DNA from: Chthoniobacterales bacterium
GTDB taxonomy: Bacteria > Verrucomicrobiota > Verrucomicrobiia > Chthoniobacterales > UBA10450
Assembly: GCA_003244145.1 (NCBI GenBank)
Contig: QHBM01000070.1
Location: forward strand, 16,061-28,902
Direction: 5' to 3'
Length of the DNA stretch: 12,842 nucleotides
Position numbers and translations under genes: made by a program
Notes under the pieces: generated by a model
Databases searched by the model: none
Told to the model about the DNA's origin: nothing
What the model saw: only the letters and a program-made list of their open reading frames with translations
Part shown: positions 7,123 through 12,842 of the stretch, piece by piece
Layout of the letters: the number at the start of each line of letters is the position of its first letter
Position numbering within the stretch: position 1 is the first letter of the stretch

Positions 7123-7928
7123 TTCGCGTCCCCCTTGCTTTGGATTTCTTCGATCAACTTCGTCACGGCTTGATTAAGTTTGCGCACTTCTTCGAGGGTC
7201 GGTTTACCCGATTGAAACGCGACCAGTTTCTCCAGGCCGGTCAGTTGTTCGTTCACGCTCTTGACCAGCGGCTCGTTCCGTAACTCCGGGCTGACGGCGT
7301 TGATCTTGGAATGAATGAAATTAATTACCGCCGGCTGACGCAAAACTTTGGCGCTGCGCTCATCATAATTCTTGATCACGGAAGCGCTCACCACCTGCGT
7401 TCCGCGGATCCAGCCGCCGAGGCTGACGAGGATGACCAGGTCCTGGTCCTGATGCGATTGCATCGACGTTTTCACTTCGTTCTGGGTGGCTTCGAGCTCT
7501 TCCTGGAGCGTGTCCCATTCGCTGTTCTCCGCAAATTCATTGATGCTATTGCCGCGGCTGAGCACGTTCTCACTCACCCCGAGCGCTTTCGCGAGCTTGA
7601 TGATGTCGGTGCCGATGTTCTTCACCTGCTGGCTGTCCTGCGCTTCCACGGCGATGAAACCGTCCGCGATCAGGCCGCCGAGATTGAGCGCGATCTGGGC
7701 GCGATTGCGATAAGTCATCGGAATCGGCGTGCGGTATTGGCCGGCCCAATCGGGCTTGCCCGGTTTTTCGAGCGCCGCAAAAAGTTCGCCCGGTGTGGGA
7801 ATGGTGAGCGAATCGGTCTTGATCGCCTTGGCCATTTGTTCCGCCGACAGCGGCGCTGGCTCCGCCGCGAAAGCCAGGGCTGCGCTCGCGCAAAGAGCCA
7901 GCGTTCCCATGCATTTCCGAAAAACCAT
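7119..7928 (-). CDS. Hypothetical exported protein (helical)
   Basis: 269-aa ORF with a signal peptide (MVFRKCMGTLALCASAALAFA|AEP). It is the first gene of the - strand run. I recognise no motif. Confidence 0.6.
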   Translation of the reverse strand: MVFRKCMGTLALCASAALAFAAEPAPLSAEQMAKAIKTDSLTIPTPGELFAALEKPGKPDWAGQYRTPIPMTYRNRAQIALNLGGLIADGFIAVEAQDSQQVKNIGTDIIKLAKALGVSENVLSRGNSINEFAENSEWDTLQEELEATQNEVKTSMQSHQDQDLVILVSLGGWIRGTQVVSASVIKNYDERSAKVLRQPAVINFIHSKINAVSPELRNEPLVKSVNEQLTGLEKLVAFQSGKPTLEEVRKLNQAVTKLIEEIQSKGDAK

Positions 7929-7978
7929 GAGCCAGATTATCCGTGGCTGCAGAGAATGCCAATGGGAATGTCGCTGGC

Positions 7979-7999
7979 GCCGGGATCGCCGATCCCGGC
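7979..7999. promoter_or_regulatory. Perfect 9-bp inverted repeat (GCCGGGATC-gcc-GATCCCGGC) in the divergent intergenic region
   Basis: Read directly from the sequence. It lies between the divergent starts at 7928 (-) and 8050 (+). Its function is unknown; it could be an operator or an RNA stem. Confidence 0.4.
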
Positions 8000-8009
8000 T
8001 ACAGGAAAC

Positions 8010-9332
<1,323 letters not shown>

Positions 9333-9333
<1 letters not shown>

Positions 9334-9680
9334 TGGATCATCCGGGCTATGGGGATTTTCGCGCGCGACGTGAGGCCACGGTTTGGCAGCGTCTCAACAG
9401 CGTTCTGCGCGTGTTGCTCGTCGTCGCGACTCTGCTCGTGATCGTGAGTCTGTTCGTGCCGCCCTATAAAAAACTGACGCAGAGCCGCAGTGAAATCGAG
9501 AACCTGCAAGCGCAGGTGAACGATCAGAAAATGTTACTCGCCCGCGCGACGCGCGAAGTGACCGTGCTGAAAACCGACGCAAGTTATCTGGAAACGATGG
9601 CGCGCGATCGTCTTGATTTGATGAAGGAAGGCGAAACGATCTTTCGCCTGGAGCCTCCGTCCGCGCCGAAGCGGAAATAA
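9333..9680 (+). CDS. ftsB: Septum formation initiator family protein (FtsB/DivIC-like)
   Basis: 115-aa ORF with a single TM helix (VLRVLLVVATLLVIVSLFV) followed by a coiled coil (IENLQAQVNDQKMLLARATREV) and the family-typical YLETMARDRLDLMKEGETIF. The GTG start overlaps the eno stop by 1 nt (TAGTG). eno-ftsB adjacency is a common arrangement. Confidence 0.75.
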
Positions 9681-9861
9681 GCTAAACGGCTCTCCGCCGC
9701 GAACCGCTCAATCGCGGCCGTGCCGACGCTCTTGTTGTCAGCGCCCAAGGCGTCGTTAGGCAACAGTCCGATCCGGAAGATATTTCTTGCCCAATCGAAG
9801 GTGTCCCGATAAACCGGGGTCCCATCAACGCCGAAACAGGCACTAAGCGCTCCATCCTTCT

Positions 9862-9933
9862 ATGAGCTTTAAAACCAAATTCACCCTCGCCGCAGTTCTC
9901 TTCCTCGTGGTCGCGTTCAACCGCGCGGAAGCA
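9862..9933 (+). other. Sec signal peptide of the repeat protein
   Basis: MSFKTKFTLAAVLFLVVAFNRAEA|QL has a basic n-region, a hydrophobic core and an AxA cleavage motif. Confidence 0.75.
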
Positions 9934-12045
9934 CAATTAAGTTACGACGTCACCGATCTGGGAACGCTAGGTGGAACGACGAGCACCGCCAGCACCGCAG
10001 GGCAACAAAACGCCAACGCCGCGGGCATGATCGTGGGGTCGTCGACGACGAGCGATAACACTGAACATGCCTTCCTCTACACCAACGGGCAGATGTTCGA
10101 CCTGAACACGCTCTGCGATTTAGCGTCGAGCAACTTCAAGGTGCTGACGTTGGCAAGAGCCATCAACGATGACTGCGTCATTGTCGGCGACGGCATCACG
10201 GTGAACGGCGAAAAGCATGCCTTCTTGATGAGGCCCGCGGTCGTTGATGGCGGCCGGTGGTCTTATCGGTGCTGTCAGTGGGTTTGGATCCAGGAAGGCG
10301 GCGGCTGGTGGTGGGAAAACGATTGTCATTGTTACAAGTGGCACGGACCTCCGGGAAACCATCCGCCGTGTCCGCCGCAACCGCCGCATTGTTGGTGGTG
10401 GCCGCTGCCATGTCCACCCGACTGCGGCTGCGAGCCGCCGCCACCGCCGCCTAACTATTACTATTGTTGCATCAGGGGCCACATCGTCCTGGTCACGGCG
10501 GATGAATGCGCGGCCAAGGGCGGGCAACGCTTCGATTCGCTGGAAGAAGCGCGCAAGAATTGCAGGCCTTACTGGTACTGCCTTGATAAGAAAGTTATCC
10601 AGACAACCTGGACTGACTGCCAGGCGAAAGGACTCCAATGTTACGACTCGCCCGGAGAAGCGAAGAAAAATTGCGACACCAAGATTTGCTGGACTTGCGT
10701 CGATGGAAGGGTCGTGAAAACGACCGAAGCAGAAGCGGGTTCGAAGGGTTGGCGATGCTTCCCGACGGAAGAAGAAGCGCTCCGGAACTGTATCCCGAGA
10801 GAGTGCTGGTACTGTGTCGACGGCAAAGTGAAAAAGGGAACCGAGGCAGAAGCCAGCGCCCTCGGGCTCAAATGCTATCCGACAGCGGAAGAAGCGCGCC
10901 GGAATTGTGAGAAGTTGTGTTGGTGCTGCTTCCAGGGACCTAACGGAAAAGAACTGGTTCAACTGACGGAAGCGGAGTGCAAGGCGCGGGGCGGCCAGTG
11001 TTACAGTTCGGTGGAAGAAGCCCGCCGGCGCGGTTGCGCACCGAAGCTTTGCTGGGTCTGCATCGACGGAAAGGCTGTCCAGGTCCCCGAGACGGAAGCG
11101 GCAGCAAAAGGTCGCAAATGCTATCCTACGAAAGAAGCCGCGCTGCGGGATTGCCGGCAAACATGGTGGTGCTGCATCAACGGACAAATTGTCCGGGCGA
11201 CAGAGGAAGAATGCCGGGCCAAGGGCGGGAGATTGTTCCGCACTGAAGAAGAAGCGCGGAGAGAGTGCAGCGGCAGACCTTGCTGGGTTTGCATCGATGG
11301 CAAAGTTATCCAGCTCACCGAGGCCGAGGCGCGGGCGAGAAACGTGCAATGTTACCGCTCCGAGGAAGAAGCACGGCGGAATTGCGAGAAAAAGACCTGT
11401 TGGATTTGTAAAGACGGACAGGTCGTCCAGGTCACCCAAGCCGAGGCGGCAGGAGCCAAGTGTTACAGCACCAGAGAAGAAGCGCTCCGGAATTGCAAGC
11501 AAAGGACCTGTTGGATCTGTCGAGACGGACAGGCGGTGCAGGTGACTGAGGCGGAGGCGGCAGGAGCCAAGTGTTATGGTTCCCGAGAAGAAGCGCTCAG
11601 GAATTGCGGCGGCGACAAACGTTGCTGGGTTTGCATCGACGGAAGGGTCACTCAGCTAACTGAGGCCCAGGCCAAGGGGAGAGGTCTCCAGTGCTATGGT
11701 TCTCAAGGAGAAGCCGCCGCGGCCTGCAAACCGAAAACGAGTTGTTGGGTTTGTGTGGGTGGACGCGTAACCCAGCTTACCGAAGCACAGGCCAAAGCGC
11801 GCGGCGCGCAGTGCTACAGCTCAAGGGAAGAAGCGCAACGGAATTGCCAGCAGGAAACGAAATGCTGGACGTGCATAGACGGCCAGGTGCTTCAACTAAC
11901 CGAGGCACAGGCGAAGGCCAGAGGTGGCCAGTGCTATGGTTCGAGAGCAGAAGCAGCGAGGGTTTGTGGTGGACAAAAGCCGACACCGAGGCCGACACCG
12001 AGGTTCACGCCGAGGCCCACGCCGACGCCACCAATCATTCGGTAG
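9862..12045 (+). CDS. Secreted 727-aa modular Cys/Trp-rich repeat protein. It contains a signal peptide, two HAF repeats, a W/C/P-rich segment, 13 four-Cys modules and a PT-rich tail. Function is unknown.
   Basis: It is the longest ORF in the window and is preceded by a 181-nt intergenic region. The internal periodicity is at protein level. Individual parts are listed as separate features. Confidence 0.85.
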   Translation: MSFKTKFTLAAVLFLVVAFNRAEAQLSYDVTDLGTLGGTTSTASTAGQQNANAAGMIVGSSTTSDNTEHAFLYTNGQMFDLNTLCDLASSNFKVLTLARAINDDCVIVGDGITVNGEKHAFLMRPAVVDGGRWSYRCCQWVWIQEGGGWWWENDCHCYKWHGPPGNHPPCPPQPPHCWWWPLPCPPDCGCEPPPPPPNYYYCCIRGHIVLVTADECAAKGGQRFDSLEEARKNCRPYWYCLDKKVIQTTWTDCQAKGLQCYDSPGEAKKNCDTKICWTCVDGRVVKTTEAEAGSKGWRCFPTEEEALRNCIPRECWYCVDGKVKKGTEAEASALGLKCYPTAEEARRNCEKLCWCCFQGPNGKELVQLTEAECKARGGQCYSSVEEARRRGCAPKLCWVCIDGKAVQVPETEAAAKGRKCYPTKEAALRDCRQTWWCCINGQIVRATEEECRAKGGRLFRTEEEARRECSGRPCWVCIDGKVIQLTEAEARARNVQCYRSEEEARRNCEKKTCWICKDGQVVQVTQAEAAGAKCYSTREEALRNCKQRTCWICRDGQAVQVTEAEAAGAKCYGSREEALRNCGGDKRCWVCIDGRVTQLTEAQAKGRGLQCYGSQGEAAAACKPKTSCWVCVGGRVTQLTEAQAKARGAQCYSSREEAQRNCQQETKCWTCIDGQVLQLTEAQAKARGGQCYGSRAEAARVCGGQKPTPRPTPRFTPRPTPTPPIIR
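9940..10236 (+). other. Two HAF-family extracellular repeats
   Basis: The first is DVTDLGTLGG...AAGMIVGSS...EHAFLYTNGQMFDLNTL and the second ...AINDDCVIVGDG...GEKHAFLMRP. Both fit the 'probable extracellular repeat, HAF family' pattern (DLGTLGG ... G-x-[IV]VG ... HAF[LI][YW]). Confidence 0.65.
10255..10464 (+). other. Trp/Cys/Pro-rich low-complexity segment
   Basis: Residues 132-201 read RWSYRCCQWVWIQEGGGWWWENDCHCYKWHGPPGNHPPCPPQPPHCWWWPLPCPPDCGCEPPPPPPNYYY. Ten Trp fall within about 48 residues, including two WWW triplets, and there are nine Cys. Confidence 0.9.
10465..11967 (+). repeat. Thirteen tandem protein-level repeats (period about 111-132 nt, or 37-44 aa) of a four-cysteine module
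   Basis: Module starts are at nt 10465, 10570, 10687, 10804, 10918, 11050, 11164, 11281, 11398, 11509, 11623, 11743 and 11863. The consensus is CWxC[IV]DGxVxQ[LV]TEA[EQ]AxAxGxxCYxSxEEAxRNC. Confidence 0.9.
11977..12042 (+). other. Pro/Thr/Arg-rich C-terminal tail
   Basis: The tail is KPTPRPTPRFTPRPTPTPPIIR, a reiterated TPRP-like unit. No hydrophobic anchor follows it. Confidence 0.85.
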
Positions 12046-12112
12046 GACTTCCCGCTTCTGATCAGATATTGAATTTCAGTGGCACGCGTGGCGCGTGGCG
12101 TTATCGTTCACC

Positions 12113-12842
12113 ATGGCCAGTGAAGTGTCGGTGATCGAATCAGAAGCACTCCAGTCGCGCGTGCGCGAATTGCGGAGGTTTCTTTGACGTCCCGAAACTG
12201 GAAGGACAACTAAACGCGCTGGAAGAGCGCATGTCTGCGGCCGATTTCTGGTCGAACCGCGAGCGAGCGCAGGGGGACGTCGAAGAAGTCTCGCGCATCC
12301 GTTCGTTGCTGAATCCGCTGCGCGAACTGGAACGCGCGGTTGCGGATTTCGAAGCACTCCGCCAGCTTGCGGCGGAAGAAACCGATCCCGCTCATCGCGC
12401 GGAAGCGGAAAAAGAGCTCGCGAGCGAACAGGGCCCGCTGCTCCACCGGCTCGAGGAATTCGAGCTGCGCCAATTTCTTTCCGGCGAAAACGATCGGTCG
12501 AACGCGTTCTTGACCATCCACTCCGGCGCGGGCGGAACGGAATCGTGCGACTGGGCGGACATGCTGTTGCGGATGTATCAGCGCTGGATCGAACGAAGCG
12601 GTTTCACTTCGCAAACGATCGACGTGCAAGTCGGCGAAGAAGTGGGCATCAAATCGACGACGCTGCTGGTGCAGGGCGAATACGCTTACGGCTATCTCAG
12701 TGCGGAACGCGGCGTCCACCGGCTCGTGCGCATTTCTCCCTTCGATGCGAACAAGCGCCGGCACACCTCCTTCGCGAGCGTGGACGTCGTCCCCGAGATC
12801 GCGGATTCGGCGCCGATCGATATCAACCCGGCCGACATCGAG
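12113..12842 (+). CDS. prfB: Peptide chain release factor 2, requiring a programmed +1 frameshift: join(12113..12184,12186..12842). The 3' end lies outside the window.
   Basis: Frame 0 encodes MASEVSVIESEALQSRVRELRRFL and then TGA at 12185-12187. The +1 frame continues DVPKLEGQLNALEERMSAADFWSNRERAQ ... FLTIHSGAGGTESCDWADMLLRMYQRW ... GIKSTTLLVQGEYAYGYLSAERGVHRLVRISPFDANKRRHTSFASVDVVPE. That stretch includes the RF2-specific SPF tripeptide (12735-12743). The gene is absent from the ORF track because part 2 has no start and no stop inside the window. Confidence 0.92.
12174..12188 (+). promoter_or_regulatory. RF2 autoregulatory +1 frameshift site
   Basis: GGAGG TTT CTT TGA C consists of an internal SD-like element, a 3-nt spacer, the slippery CUU and UGA followed by C. 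E. coli prfB has the same layout (AGGGGG UAU CUU UGA C). Confidence 0.88.

Noticed and set aside
9682-9936. An 84-aa - strand ORF spanning the intergenic region upstream of the repeat gene
   Set aside because: It overlaps the signal-peptide coding start of the 727-aa gene, has no motifs and has atypical composition. It is most likely non-coding promoter or 5'-UTR sequence.
10120-11502. A 460-aa ORF antisense to the repeat gene
   Set aside because: It is a shadow ORF. It lies entirely inside the 727-aa + strand gene, which has a signal peptide, recognisable HAF repeats and a strongly periodic conserved module. The antisense translation is low-complexity (R/A/P/F-rich) and has no motifs. Long antisense frames are expected in GC-rich, repeat-constrained coding DNA.
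10465-11967. Resemblance of CWxC[IV]DG to the thyroglobulin type-1 CWCV motif, or to zinc-ribbon CxxC knuckles
   Set aside because: Thyroglobulin type-1 domains are about 65 aa with six Cys and a contiguous C-W-C-V. Zinc ribbons have two CxxC knuckles. These modules are 37-44 aa with CWxC plus two isolated Cys, so the resemblance is probably coincidental. Metal binding is kept only as an alternative hypothesis.
10465-11967. The repeat array as a multi-core RiPP or peptide polyprotein precursor (basic linkers between Cys-rich units)
   Set aside because: No protease, maturase, radical-SAM or dedicated exporter genes adjoin it; the neighbours are eno, ftsB and prfB. The linkers are not uniform cleavage sites. 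The N-terminal HAF domain and Sec signal fit a large intact extracellular protein better.
9681-12112. The repeat gene as part of a mobile island
   Set aside because: No integrase, transposase, tRNA, direct flanking repeats or obvious compositional break are visible. It appears to be a single gene embedded in core synteny. Horizontal origin cannot be assessed from this window.
12210-12764. A 184-aa - strand ORF at the right end of the window
   Set aside because: It is antisense to unmistakable RF2 coding sequence (prfB, +1 frame from 12186) and has no motifs of its own. It appears in the track only because prfB itself has no start or stop within the window after the frameshift.

Overview
This is a GC-rich bacterial chromosomal window, with gene content and weak Shine-Dalgarno usage that fit a PVC/Verrucomicrobia-like soil organism; I cannot verify the taxon. 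Most of it is housekeeping. On the + strand: fabD (3' end), a GatB/YqeY-domain gene and ispD. On the - strand, 7928 down to 1561: a tightly packed run of ten genes, namely three exported hypotheticals, an acylphosphatase, an ABC ATPase, an ABC-2 permease, a TPR-like anchored protein, a metallophosphoesterase and a GT9 heptosyltransferase-family enzyme. Back on the + strand: eno, ftsB and prfB. prfB is missing from the ORF track because it needs the classical programmed +1 frameshift (GGAGG-TTT-CTT-TGA-C at 12174-12188). The stand-out is a single 727-aa gene (9862-12045) wedged between eno-ftsB and prfB. It encodes a signal peptide, two HAF-type extracellular repeats and a roughly 70-aa Trp/Cys/Pro-rich segment containing two WWW triplets. 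Thirteen tandem modules of about 37-44 aa follow, with consensus CWxC[IV]DGxVxQ[LV]TEA[EQ]AxAxGxxCYxSxEEAxRNC, and the protein ends in a Pro/Thr/Arg tail. I do not recognise the module as any named domain. Cysteine positions co-vary between modules, and amino-acid identity is kept despite heavy synonymous divergence, so the array appears to be a selected structural unit. A second oddity lies at 2545-2619. Two opposed arrays of a 7-nt unit (GATTTCA x4 against AATCTGN x4) form a hairpin of about 33 bp at the 5' end of the GT9 gene. The conserved N-terminus of that gene is open in frame but has no canonical start codon. All functional calls come from reading motifs by eye; no database searches were run.
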